The translations under genes were made by a program, and so were the position numbers. The notes under the pieces were generated by a model that worked only from the letters and a program-made list of their open reading frames with translations, made no database searches and was not told the DNA's origin. DNA of 64,000 nucleotides from the human T2T-CHM13v2.0 reference genome, Homo sapiens, in the NCBI RefSeq assembly GCF_009914755.1, contig NC_060948.1. One strand, given 5' to 3'. Of the stretch, positions 18,945-37,953 are shown one piece after another; position 1 is the first letter of the stretch; every line of letters begins with the position of its first letter.

Positions 18945-19557
18945 TGTTTCAGGCTAAATTGTGTCTCTTCGAAATGCCCATGTTGAAACCTTAGCCCTCA
19001 TTTGTGACGGTGTTTGAAGATAAGGCCTTCAAAGAGGTCATTATGCGAAAATTATGTCATTAGGGTAGGGCCTGATCCAACAGGACTGGTGCCCTTATAA
19101 GAAGAGGAGACGAGGACACAGACACACACAGAGGGTTGACCCTGTGAGGACACAGGGAGAAGACGGTGTCTACAAGCCCAGGAGAGAGGCCTCAGGAGGA
19201 ACCAGCCCTGCCCACACCTGGATCTCGGACTTCCAGCCTCCAGGACTGTGGGAGAATCAATGCCTGTTGCTTATAAGCCACCCAGTCTATGGTATTCTGT
19301 GATAGCAGCCTGAGATGGACTAAGACACTTCATAAGAAGAGGAGATGAGGACACAGACACACAGAGGGGCGACCCTGTGAGTACACAGGGAGAAGATGGC
19401 GTCTACAAGCCCAGGAGAGAGGCCTCAGGAGGAACCAACCTTGCCCATACCCTGATCTCAGACTTCCAGCCTCCAGGCCTCCAGGAGAATCAATGTCCCT
19501 TGTTTAAGCTTCCAAGTTTGCGGTCCTTTGTTATGGCAGCCTTAGCAAACTAATACA
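18945..19557. mobile_element. MLT1-type MaLR LTR with an internal ~235 bp tandem duplication
   Basis: TAAGAAGAGGAGA..GAGGACACAGACACACAGAGGG...GGACTTCCAGCCTCCAGG unit present twice (~19097 and ~19333). Confidence 0.85.
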
Positions 19558-19900
19558 ATGAATGAATCAAACAGCACATGTATTACAATTCTAGTTGTGC
19601 TATCCAATAGAATAGCCACCAGCCACATGTGGCTGTTTACGTTTAAATCAATATAGCTCAATAAAAATAAATATTCAAGCCTTGAATGAAACCATACTCA
19701 ACAGCCACTTGTGGTTGGTGCTTCCAACATTGCAGTTGCCTTCCTCCTCAAGAGTCGTGTTCTTGGTTGAATTCATCTCCTCTGCCCCTGAGGAAAGCAC
19801 CCGTTGTCTCTCCGCACTTCTGAAGGTTTACTGCCCCACCATCTGTCCCCAGATGGAGAACCCTTGCAGGATGCAAGGGGATATTGAAATGATGTTTGCA

Positions 19901-20710
<810 letters not shown>

Positions 20711-20770
20711 TTTTTTCTTAAGCATCTTTTTTAGATGCCTTTGTTCTCATATTTCTGTTTGCCTCTACTA

Positions 20771-21225
<455 letters not shown>

Positions 21226-21629
21226 ATCATATTTAATTCATTTAGCTTTCATCGTAATTACAGTCACACTTCACACACATGGGAATTAGGGAGCCAGGAA
21301 GAGTAATGCGGCAATGCCCTGTGTTCAGACCACTATTAATGGGTAGGCTTTGGGGATACTTTGCTTTTCTCTTTCACTAATGATGTCTGTCCATTTTCCC
21401 CGAGGATCTTTTCGGGAGCCTTCTGTGTGGTGGGCCCACTTACGACCTGAATCACCGCATTCACGCCAACAGTACCAACCCATAGGTATGCTTAGTCATC
21501 TGATGACTCAGAGACAGGGGGTAGGCGGATGGAATGGAAGGATGAGTCTGGTCAGATGGTAAGAGATAGTACAATGACATGAAAAATAGCCACCACTGAC
21601 CACTGGCAACCTGGCCTTGAGATCCCTAG

Positions 21630-21956
<327 letters not shown>

Positions 21957-23376
21957 TGAGCGCATAATTACAGACAGTCTTCACCTTCCCCAGAGGAAAA
22001 CATAACAGCCTATCCCAAGGTTTCGTAATAAAAGCGTAAAATTGTCATAAACCCACAGTAGGTGTTCAATAAATGCATACATCTTGTTCCCACACCCGAA
22101 AAATCCTAGTTAGGAGGTGACCGAGGAGAGTTTACAACACAAATTGCACCTGAGGTTTTGCACACGAGTGAGTTTGATCCCTTTCCTCCAGAAGGCCGGC
22201 TACTCATTCAAAGGGCCCAGTTTGTTTCAAACTATTTTTGGAACTGTTTCAGAATTGCCTCCAAGCGCCTGTCTAGACCTTACCTTACACTGGCGCTATT
22301 TTGAGCTAAAAGCCATATTGATTAAATTGGCTTCTAAAGTTATCCCCCAGACTTGGCGCTGAAGGAGGCTTAGGTATTTCCAAAAATCCTAGCCTCTGCC
22401 TGGAAGGCTCCCCAGCTAAGGATGCAAGACAAGGACCAAGGACGACATTTCTTGAAAGATCCTGCCTCTGGGGATAGTTTCGGAAAGGAAGTGCTCAGGT
22501 TTGTGAGACAGCAGCAGGGCCCTGGGACCTTTCTCTGATGGGGGAATATCCCCCTCTAGGTCAGCACGCCCCATCACAGCACTGCATCTACTGTAGGTAC
22601 CTCCAAAGTCACCCTTTCTATTTCACTCATGTTTCCCTTGAATTTACACTTTACATGTTGCTAGACCAAATCGGCGGAGGGGAAAAAATAACTCATGGAA
22701 ACATGATCTTTTTAGAAATGGCATTACTCAGAAAGCACAGCAGGGGTTTGGCTTATGGTACGGTGTTGTTTTCCTGCTTTGAGGCGCTGTTACAGATTCT
22801 TCTTCCCACTGTACAGCTTCCCGGCCTGACATGCTGCCTTGGGAAGTGCGTGAAAGTGAACGCAGCCTCCTCTTCCTCTTAGGAGTCCTCCGTTTCGTGT
22901 CTCTTACATCCTGAAAGGACCCAGCTCTCTGAGTCAGGCCGCGGCACTGCCCCTCCTAGCTCCAAATCCACATCTATTTCCCACTTCACTTTCTAAGTGG
23001 GATTTAGCTTAACACTGTGGAGCTTGGAGTATCACAGAGCTAATATGTAAGACCCAGGCTGGTCTTTCCTTCTCTGTCGGCACCTTGGAATTCTCTACTA
23101 CCTTTCAGCCTGCCTCTCCGCTCCCCCCGCTTTTTTTTTACAGACATCTGCAATGCAGGCAAGTTCCAATATGAACATCTGTGGAACACAGCCTGAGAAG
23201 AGGAGATATAAAAGGATCTTAATTTTAGGGTGAAGGAGGAGAAGAATGGTTAAGAAGCGTCTCAATAACCTAAGCCACAACCTCAGGCTTTGAAAACAAC
23301 ATTAACTGAGAACAGCTTTGAAAACAACAGTGAGATTTTCAACTCAATTCTTTTTCCCACAGGTCACTTATCTTGA

Positions 23377-23720
<344 letters not shown>

Positions 23721-23971
23721 AGAGTGAGATTTTCAACCCAATTCTTTTTCCCCCATGTCACTTATCTTGAATTCCAAAATGTTTACTTCTGCTAAAGAAT
23801 CTTTTTTTTTTCAGTGATATAAATTTGGAAGGTATGTCAATACTCTTATCCAGTGTAAAGTCCTATGACCCAAACACGTGCGTATTCGTCTCTCCTCCCC
23901 GCTACACTTCCCTTGGGGAAGTGCACACAACAAGGCAAACAAACACCTCTGACCACTTCTGAGGCAGCCTG

Positions 23972-24502
<531 letters not shown>

Positions 24503-24807
24503 TAGATGTTTTGTCTTGCTACATCTCAAGCTTCATTACAGATCGAATTTACCCTCTTCCCTCAACTCTTCTTGCACAGAAGCTGAGGTTTCCAGGAGGC
24601 CCTCTCTACCCCTTGGGGGACCTTCCCCTTAAGTTTGGAAGCTGCCAAAACCATGTAAAGGAGATTTTAGGAGGGTCTTTGCACTATATGGGATCCCAAG
24701 AAAAATGCATTTAGGGCCACTTTTTCAGCAGCTTCGCTTTAAGGTTCATTTTTTTTTTTTTTAAGACTCATAAAAATCTTTACAGTTTGGAACACATAAA
24801 ATATATT

Positions 24808-25114
<307 letters not shown>

Positions 25115-25286
25115 TTAAAAATGGAAACCTGTGTGAGCAGTGTCTAGAAACAGATAATTAGCAGTTATTCTGTAATCAATTTTTTAAAAACTTTAAAGAG
25201 AATGATTAATTTTAAACCCTAAAGGAGAGTTGCAAGTAGAAATATAATTTAAAACTTTTGTGTAATATCACTGCAATGGATGTGAG

Positions 25287-25291
<5 letters not shown>

Positions 25292-25321
<30 letters not shown>
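25292..25321. repeat. (CA)n microsatellite
   Basis: directly visible. Confidence 0.95.
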
Positions 25322-25323
<2 letters not shown>

Positions 25324-25813
25324 CATAAACACACATGTGTGCCACAGGTCCGTTGGTAAAAGCTTGGTTACTGATGATTGAGTTTTTTTCTTTTATTCTT
25401 GGGGAAGTTACATAACCTGTTTTTTTCCAGCCTTATTTTTCCATTCTGTGTAATTGGGATACTAATTATATTCATGTTGCTGTCAGGAGGGTAAAATACA
25501 ATGTATATAATATTATTTTCACTCCAGATCTGGTGTTTAGTAAAACACTCAGCAACTATTAGGTGTAATTGTTATTTATAGGAAACTGTAGGTCTTTTGA
25601 CAGTAATCATAACCACCCTTGCATGTGTGGGTTGTCCATAGAAAATTAAGATAATAGCGCAGAGGTTTCTGTCTCATCATGCTCTTCCCAGCTTCACTGA
25701 GATTGTCCTTTTTTCCAGTCAGGGCTTATCTTTCTAGGTTCCAGGAAAGCATCCTGAGGGATCATGCTGCTGTTTTAATACTCATATCTTCTTTAGGTGT
25801 GAAATACCCAAAC

Positions 25814-26099
25814 GGGCCAGGAGCAGTGGCCCACACCTGTCATCCCAGCACTTTGGGAGGCTGAGGTTGGAGGATCACGAGGTTAGGAGTTTGAGACCAG
25901 CCTGGCCAACATGGGTGAAACCCCATCTCTACTAAAAATACAAAAATTAGCCAGGCATGGTGGCACGTGCCGGTAATCCCAGCTACTCAGGAGGCTGAGG
26001 CAGGAGAATCGCTTGAACCTGGGAGGCAGAGGTTGTAGTGAGCCGAGACTGCGCCACTGCCCTCCAGCCTGGGCGACGGAGCAAGACTCCATCTCAGAA

Positions 26100-26132
<33 letters not shown>

Positions 26133-26150
26133 GAAAAAAGAAAGAAAAGA
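25814..26150 (+). mobile_element. Alu
   Basis: Alu consensus; GAAATACCCAAA target-site duplication. Confidence 0.95.
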
Positions 26151-28739
26151 AATACCCAAATGGTCACCATGATCTAAGCACTCCCTTGGAGAACTGATGG
26201 ATGTCAGTGTGCACTGATGGACATAAAACAGGACCACAGAGAAGAGTCACACTTGTAGAAAGAAATGCCCCCCAATCTCTAGCCAAAAGCTCCAAGTGGG
26301 AGTCTGTGTCACTTCCAGTGACAACTCTGCACTGACTCACTGCGTGACCTTGGGCAAGAAGCACTTCTACCTGCCTTGGTTTGTGGACCTGAAACAGGGA
26401 TGTTAGCACCAACCTGGCATCTTCCCAGGACAGTGGCGCAGATCTGGAGGAACACCTCACGGGAAGGTCTTTTGTAGATCACACAGGAGGCTACACAGAC
26501 ATGAGTTACTGTGATTTCCTTTTGTCTAAAGGTTTCTTTCTGGTTCTAGCCTTGTCTATCTGGGGGAAGGAGACTATCTGTGATGGAGATGAGCGTTCTT
26601 TTCCAAGAGCGTTAATTAGCTGTTCACTTTGTGACTTCGTGAGCGCCCTACCATTTGAATTCTGAATCCCTGCGTTTTGTTCTCATTTGGTGATGAGCCT
26701 TTCAGCAGACATGGTAGTGACTATTAAGTAGGCATTTTAATGCAATCGTTCATAGAATCAATATGTAGACGGCTAGTTTCTAATTTATGAGAAGGCATTC
26801 TCTGGGAAATTGAATAAACAGTGCTCGATTGGAATATGGAAATTTTATATAAGAAAAATAATCCGAGAGAGGCTGAGAATGTACAAGCTCTAAGGAATCA
26901 TCAGATGTGAACAGGACTTCAGCTATCATGTTTAGGGTGAGCTTCGTTAGTGGCTCACATCTAGTTTCAGCTGCAACTGTATTTTCATATCGTTCCCAGG
27001 CAAGCCCCGCGAGTGACTGACTCCACGACCCTGTTTCTTCCCAAACCCTCACCTGAGAAACAGGCTTCTTGGATTAAATCTTCCTTTTCCTATTCGACTA
27101 GCCCGGTGGGTTTGTGCTTGGCGTAACTTTGGGCCCCCTGGGTGGGATGTGCTTGCGTGAAGCTCCAGTAGCTTTTCCTCTGTGCCGGGAATAATTTGCA
27201 AAGCGTCCTATTTTGGATTTTCATAATCAAGCTTCTACCCCGTTTCTTTTCAGTTAATTTAATACCTGGAGCACACGCAGTACTTCAAAAATATTGGTCC
27301 GTTCTGGTGTCAGAGAGTCTTTTTGGACTGAGATGTAAAAGTCCTACATTTGGGTATGTGAGCTGGGAGTTGGGGGGCCAGGCTGAGGAGAAGCAACAAA
27401 TTCCAGAGACAAACTTGGCATCTTGGGAGATGTAATACACGCACCCAGCCACAGAGTCCCAGGAGAATGTATTTTAATGGAGAATGTGGAGGGACTTTGC
27501 AAATGTTTTCATTTTCTCAAATCATATCTGTTATCCTGAAAGTGGTGTCTGTTCCCCCTAACGCCCCCCCGCTCCCTCCCCAACCCTTTGCAGACACTGG
27601 CATCTGTGGACATGAGTTAGGTGCTGCAGTACCACTCACTGTGTCAACTACAGTATTAACTACGGAAAACACACACACAGTCACAGTCACACTGACACTC
27701 ACACCCTAACCATCCCAAATCAGACATTTGCAGTCCCACGGGATTTCCAAAGATTCCCCGGACAAGCAATCTATAGATTATCCTGGGACCAGAAAAAAAA
27801 AAGTCCTAGGATTTTTAGTTTCCTTAACCCTCAAGTGGCTGGAAACTGTTAATCAGAGAGGAATGAACATAAATAACACCAAGCCGAGCTCCGTCTGATC
27901 CGAAGTGAGCCCCCAAACAGCTTCTGTCTGCCCTGATTACCAAAGGAAGCCATGCCCACGCATAAATTGGCAGTCTATTTAAACTGGGTGTTCTTCCTCA
28001 CAGTTTTTTTTTTTTCCCAGAGAAATATTCAAAGGCAGGCATTTTTCTGGCTAAGAAGATATTTATTTAAGTCACAGATTGCTTCACCTTCCCAAACTTG
28101 CCCGGCACACTTGGTGTAGGGCAAAGCCTCATCCTTGTCACATCTGTCCCTCTCCCCTCTGGAGCAGGGGCCAGAGGACTTTGGAGGACACCTACTCCCC
28201 CCACCCCCAAGGCTTCGGCTTCCCAGGGGGGGCTTGGCAGTGTGAGAAAGGCAAACCGCCTTCCGACCTGGTTGAAATTTTGTTTCCCATTGCTCCCTAG
28301 AGGTGTCCCTTGGCCGTGGATAACGCTCACTCTGTTCCTAGCCTCGCGCTCACCGTGTTTGTCCATGGAGGTTATAGGGAACTTGAGTGCGGGGTCCCCA
28401 CCGCCGGAGCAGAGGGCTAGGGACCCGATAGCGCCTGGTGTGCCATAGCGCATTGGACCCACCCGAGAGCCCGCGTTCTGCTGCACCGGTGGCGGCCACA
28501 GGCGGGAGCGCCTATGCGCCTTGGACCCAAGGCGCCCAGGGGGTGGGTGGGACGGACCTGGAGGGGGTACAGGGGGGGCCTGCGCCCACCTCTCTGCACG
28601 CGCATCTGCCGCTTCCCGTGCCCCATAGGGGAGCCCCGGGCTCCGTGAATCCTCGGGTTCAGTCCCGCGTCCGGATTCCGCGTCCTCCCCGAAGTTGGGG
28701 CTCCCCAACCGTGGCCCCCCAAAGCGCCCGCACGAGCGC

Positions 28740-28748
28740 ACTCACCCG
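28740..28748 (-). promoter_or_regulatory. Consensus 5' splice donor CGG|GTGAGT, 182 nt downstream of the microprotein stop codon
   Basis: plus-strand ACTCACCCG at 28740-28748. Confidence 0.55.
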
Positions 28749-28927
28749 CTCTCCCCGGTGCGTCCCTGAAGGTCAAGGCCAGGAGGCGGTGGAGGTGCAG
28801 GGCGGGCGGTGGGGCCCGGAGTAGGGGGCGCGGGCGCCGAGCTGGGGGGCACCGCGGGACGGCTCAGTCCCCATGGCCCTGGCGCTGGGGGCGCCCCCCG
28901 CCTGGCGACCCCGGGGGTCCGCGGCGC

Positions 28928-29056
28928 TCAGATGCCGTGGTCACAGTCCACATCGCGGCAGATGTACCAGAGGATCACGTAGAGGATGAGGAGGATGGCG
29001 AAGATGAAGAGGGCCACCAGGATCGCCTTGGTCACCGGCGAGATGAGAGACTGCAT
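28928..29056 (-). CDS. Putative 42-aa single-pass membrane microprotein MQSLISPVTKAILVALFIFAILLILYVILWYICRDVDCDHGI
   Basis: ATG at 29056 in GGGGCCATG context; TGA at 28930-28928; in-frame upstream stop at 29116-29114; 38 of 41 post-ATG sense codons end in G/C; all 8 Ile codons are ATC; ~22 consecutive hydrophobic residues. Confidence 0.75.
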   Translation of the reverse strand: MQSLISPVTKAILVALFIFAILLILYVILWYICRDVDCDHGI

Positions 29057-31207
29057 GGCCCCAGCGGGGCGCGCGGGAGGGCGGGGGGCGCGCGGGGGCG
29101 CGGGGCGCGGCGCTCACGACCCCCGAGCGCGCCCGGAGCCCCGCGCCGGCCCCGCGCCGCATCCGCAATGCTCCGTGCCCGGGACAGACGCTGCCTGGGT
29201 GGCTGCTCGGCGGCGGCGGTGGTGGCAGTGGTGGCTGCTCGGAGGCCGGCGCGCTCGGGTGCAGGCGGCTGCGCGCGGGGCTCCCACCGCCCGGGTCCCC
29301 CCAGCTGCTGGCGCTCACCGGGCCCGGCGGCCGCTGGGCTGGGCTGGGGGCACGGGGGGCCCTGGGGGCGGCCGGGAGGAGGGGGCGGCGGCCATGGGGG
29401 AGAGCTGGAGGAAGGCGGCGCGCCGGGCAAGTCCCCCGAAAACTTGGGGCGGAGGCGGCGCGGTGACAGGTGGAAACGCCAGCCCCGCGGGCAGCAGCGC
29501 GCAGCCGTCCACTGGCGGCGGGGGGCGCGGGGGCGCGGGAGGGAGGCGCGGGGGCGAGCGCGCGGGGAGGGGCTGCGGCACTGGGCGGGGGGCCTCCCTT
29601 TGCAGATGGGGAGGGTCGGGGGAGAGCAGGCGTCCCCGACTGCGCGCCTTTCCATCACCTCTCCCACCTCTCTGCTTTTCCCGGCCCCCTCTCTCCAGCG
29701 CAGCGGTGGATATCTCTCTCGTCCAGGTCTTGCATCTCACCCCTTCTTTGGGAGTCCCCTTCCTTTCCTCTTTTCCTCACTCTCACCCTGCACCCCGGTA
29801 TGGGTGAGCTGCGATATTCTCATCAAAGAATGAAGGTGCTCATGGAGAGAAGCTGCCCCTTCTCTCTTTCTCTCTCTCTCTCTGTGTCTCTTGTACAGGG
29901 AAGGGGGTTTCAAGTTGCAACTAACTCATTGCTGATACCAAGCAGGATGGGCCCAGGCAGGAAAAAAGTACACACCCTTGCCCAGAGTCACAGCTTCTAT
30001 AAGGGGAAGGGGGAGACTGGGTTCTGTGATGAAGGGGTGAGGCAGACGTCTTGGTGTGAGACTCAGTCCCGTGATAAAGGGGCGATGCACACAGACGCCT
30101 TAGTGTAAGGATCCAGGTTTCTGCCCTCGCATCACAGAAAGCCCTCCACCCCACGTTTGTCCCTTACTCTCTGGGGCTTAGCCCTGGGGAATGGAGAGAC
30201 AGGCATGGTGGCACGTGGGTGCACACACATTTTTCCTGAAGTGTGAGCTGTGTTTAGGGCTGATGTCTGGTGGAGACACGAACAGGTCAGGGCACAGCAC
30301 AGAAGGCCGAAGGAGCCCAAATTCTTGGGAAAGGAGGTAGTTCCTCCCTAGCTGGGCATCCTGAATACTCTCTTTAAGGGAGGGAGGGAGCTGGGGCTGT
30401 TGGACAGGGGCATAGGGCTTGCACCAGGAATCCATGACATGGTAAGAACAGGGACCACCCAGTTTCCCAGCAAATACACAATTCAGGCCTTTCATGCCCT
30501 GATTTTTGTCTCCGCTCCCTGTGGCCCCTAACACCGGTGAGCAGGAGCTGTTCCACGATGCCTGGTAGAAGTCTTCGCCTGCCTGCAGTGACACACTACT
30601 GAGGGAAAATTTTATACCTGCATGCAGTGACCCCAGCACCGATGCCCCATGGTTCTGGGAGACAGAAAGAGCTTCAGGGTTGGAGAGCCTTTGTCTGAGA
30701 GCCTGGCTCCCGAGGGTAAGGCATTCCTGACCTTCAGAAACAGGAACAAAGGAGAAGATAGGACCTGACCCAGGTAAAAATAGCCTCCCCTGCTATGGTC
30801 TAGGATGGATTTGCAGCTGAGGAAGGATGCCAGGAAAATGGACCATGATATCAGAGGGCTGTGTGGGTCGGGGAAAAAGGAATTCATCAAGCACTAAAGT
30901 GGCGATGCAATCTCTCCTCTGCACCCTTCTACCCGGTGTTTCCATTCCAGAGACAGCTCTTCCCCCAGGATGACACAGGTGGGAGGGAGGAGACCCTCTT
31001 CCTGCTGACGGCAAAGAGAAGAGCCCACCTCAGGGTCTCCCAGCAGATAGCCGGGTGGCTGGCGTGGCTTTCCCTTGAATCTGCAGTCTGTGAAAGGTTT
31101 TCGAGCAGAAGTGGGGAGCAAGGGAACAGTTTTGTAGATGGCATGACCCATGCCAGCAAGGCTTGCAGCCAGGCAGCTTCTTCTTGCCACTTTAGAGAGG
31201 AAATCAA

Positions 31208-31262
31208 TTGTGTGTGTGTGCGCGCGCGCGTACCCGTGTGTGTGGGTGGGTGTGTGTGCACG
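31208..31262. repeat. (TG)n(CG)n alternating purine-pyrimidine tract
   Basis: TGTGTGTGTGTGCGCGCGCGCGTA directly visible. Confidence 0.9.
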
Positions 31263-31626
31263 TGCCCACACAGTGCATGAAAAGGTCCTCGCTCAGCGAT
31301 AGTGTGTACATTTCCAGGGCAGCAGCTTCTAACTTTCAATTGAACCTGCGTTTCCAGCCTCTAGCTGTTCATCGGCTGAGAGAAGATGGATAATTGAATT
31401 TCTATACTTCCACTTCTCTGCACATGAAGAGTTGGTATTCCTCAGGGGAATTCCTCAGGGGAAGAAACACCAAAGTTTCAGACAGTTTGTAAACTTACTT
31501 TTGTCTGTACAATTTATCAGACACCCACAGTGAAGCCAAGAGCAAAAAGAACATCCAGATGGAAAGGTATAAGGCAGGTGTCAGAGCCAATACACCACGA
31601 TTCCTTTCTCACAAATAGAATTTGAT

Positions 31627-31931
<305 letters not shown>

Positions 31932-31944
31932 TGATTTTTAATGT

Positions 31945-33322
<1,378 letters not shown>

Positions 33323-33327
33323 CTAGT

Positions 33328-33533
33328 GGCTGAGTGCAGTGGCTCATGCCGGTAATCCCAGCACTTTGGGAGGCCGAGGCAGGTGAATTGTTTGAGGTCA
33401 GGAGTTCGAGACCAGCCTGACCAACATGGTGAATCCAAGAGGTGGAGGTTGCAGTGAGCCAAGATTGCGCCACTGCACTCCAGCCTGGGCAACAGAGCGA
33501 GAGTCTGTCTCAAAAATAAAAATAAAAATAAAA
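33328..33533 (+). mobile_element. Internally deleted Alu
   Basis: CCAACATGGTGAA joined directly to TCCAAGAGGTGGAGGTTGCAG. Confidence 0.9.
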
Positions 33534-33806
33534 TGCTGTTTCTGCCACTTAATCCTTCAGTCATGTACATATCCTTCATTTTCCTCATCCCTGAGTGACT
33601 TCTTGAACTAAATATGGTGGGAAGGCAATGTTTCAGGGCAGCCACTCTCCCTAGAGTGAATTATTTTAGAATCAGAGAAGTGGTTGCTTCCTAAATCACA
33701 ATGTGTGAACTACTAAACGCTCTCTCCATATGTGGCTTGTGGTTGTTTGGTCCTGAGATACAGAGCTTCTAACGTGGACGGTAATCTATTGATTTACTAT
33801 CAGTGA

Positions 33807-34188
<382 letters not shown>

Positions 34189-34724
34189 TAGAAACTCATG
34201 GACAAGATGAACCATGAGCCCTGGGGCAGGCAGATGAGGACAGGAAAAGTTCCCCATTGACTAATTCATTCCTGGGTGATTAGAAGTATTGGAAGGATTT
34301 TATCACTTCTGATTGGCTCAGTATCTGTGTGAGTAAGAGCTGCTCATGGGCTGACCAGAATCTGCTCCAGGTGGACAGCTATCTCTGGGTCTGTTTACTG
34401 AAGAAACGTGTGTACTTTCTTGAATGTGCTACAACTCTTCAGGGTATCCCTGGAGAACTTTGGGATAGGTCCAGCATTCCATGTAGAAGATGGAACATCT
34501 TTCCCAAGAGTTTTTGGATCGTGTCTATCTCTGGCTTGACTCAATTGCCTAAAGTAATTGAATAATAAGTGCTTTTCCTCTGCTTCACTTTGAATGCTGA
34601 AACATGCGTTTTGTTTTTTAACCAGAGGAAACTTGCCCAAATTCTTGACAATCCTGGGCTCCTTTGGAGGATTGAAAATCTTGGGTCCTGGCTCTGTCTC
34701 CTGGATCTGCACGTTGGGTCATCA

Positions 34725-35143
<419 letters not shown>

Positions 35144-35297
35144 TCAAGATTTGGAAAAAATCTTGGTCAAAATCAGGATTTTGACTACTGTTTCTCCATG
35201 CCCTGCTCACATGAGAAACCCTCTCTCCCTCCAAGGCTCCAACTCTGTAATCACTTCTCATTCCCAAATCTGTGGGTCAAATCAAGGTCAAAAATCA

Positions 35298-35732
<435 letters not shown>

Positions 35733-36210
35733 CTAATGTGTTATTATTTTTAGTGAGGTTAAGTCTACAGGTTAACTGAGGCATAAACAGACTTGCTATA
35801 TTTGCTAATTTAGGCAAAACACAAAGCCAATGATAAAAACCGATAAAACCCAATGGACGAAAACGGATGTTTCCGTAATAGCAGGAGTCGCTTAGAGGTT
35901 CAAAAGCATTTTACCTTCTTAGTTCATGGTTTCTGCTTTTCTTTAGTCTGCCAGTGTTGTTGTCTTTGGGATATGTCTTTTTACTATTTGCTCAGATTAT
36001 TTCAAATATGATAGTGGGTAGTGTTGTGTGAAATAGCTAAGATTTTATGTAGATGCTATTAATAAATTTAAACTAACATTTTAGGTGTCCAGCATTTTTT
36101 ATCTATGAACAGAGCAGCTAACACTAGAAAGAGTTCTCTTTACAGGGAAGCAGATGTAACCCACCTGCTTTTTAGAATGGGGTGGTTTTACAAGGAAACA
36201 TCTCTCTAGG

Positions 36211-36507
<297 letters not shown>

Positions 36508-36828
36508 GGAAACATCTCTCAAGTTCCTAAGGTAACTGCTTTGTTCCAAAACATAGATTCATTAAACTCAGTGTGTGTGAAAACTAGTAATAAGTTAGCA
36601 GAGCTGATGGGGACTTCAGACTTTAGTGTATGTTTTTTACTACCTTATTCCAGCAAATATGGGTTGGCGACAAAACCACAGAAACGATAGAAGAAAGGAC
36701 ATTTTATTTTTAAAATAGCAGAGTGGGAGCCAGTCAGCCATGGATTCAGATGACGAAAACAACCAAAGAAATGTGCACAAACTCTCACAGTGTTATTTCA
36801 ACAAAGTATATATTTACAGATTGTCTAA

Positions 36829-37215
<387 letters not shown>

Positions 37216-37623
37216 TCTATTCTTTGTAACAATCATGTGCCTTGATTTAAGAATTCCCATGTGCTCAAGCTTCTTGACCATCAGAGTGATTGTAAGATAA
37301 AGTAAGAATGAGACACCTTGAGGTCTCATTCAGGCCAGTGGGGATGTGTGGGGAAAACAAACAAACAAACCAAAAAAACAGGAAATATGGGTTAGTCACT
37401 AACCCTTTAATGGTGTTTCCTGTGTGTTAAAACTTTTTACGTAGAGCCACTGCCTCTCAGGTAGGCAGGACTGTGTCCTTTGTCAAATGAAATAGTGGGG
37501 GCAGCAAGTTGAAATCACCTGTGTGATTTAAACCCATGCATTACTTGGGGGAGAACTGTTGACATAATTCAGTGTCAACAGGGGAAGGAACATGTTCTCT
37601 TTCCAGAAGGGTATAAAGGTACT

Positions 37624-37953
<330 letters not shown>

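Larger units (their letters stand above)
28300..29720. promoter_or_regulatory. CpG island, candidate promoter and exon of a minus-strand gene
   Basis: very high GC with dense CpG, GC boxes and no repeats. Confidence 0.9.

Noticed and set aside
28937-30108. Long GC-rich ORFs (up to 298 aa) on both strands of the CpG island
   Set aside because: Arg/Gly/Pro/Ala-rich products expected from stop-poor GC DNA, mostly with non-ATG starts; the acidic start of the + strand ORF is just the antisense shadow of the hydrophobic microprotein codons
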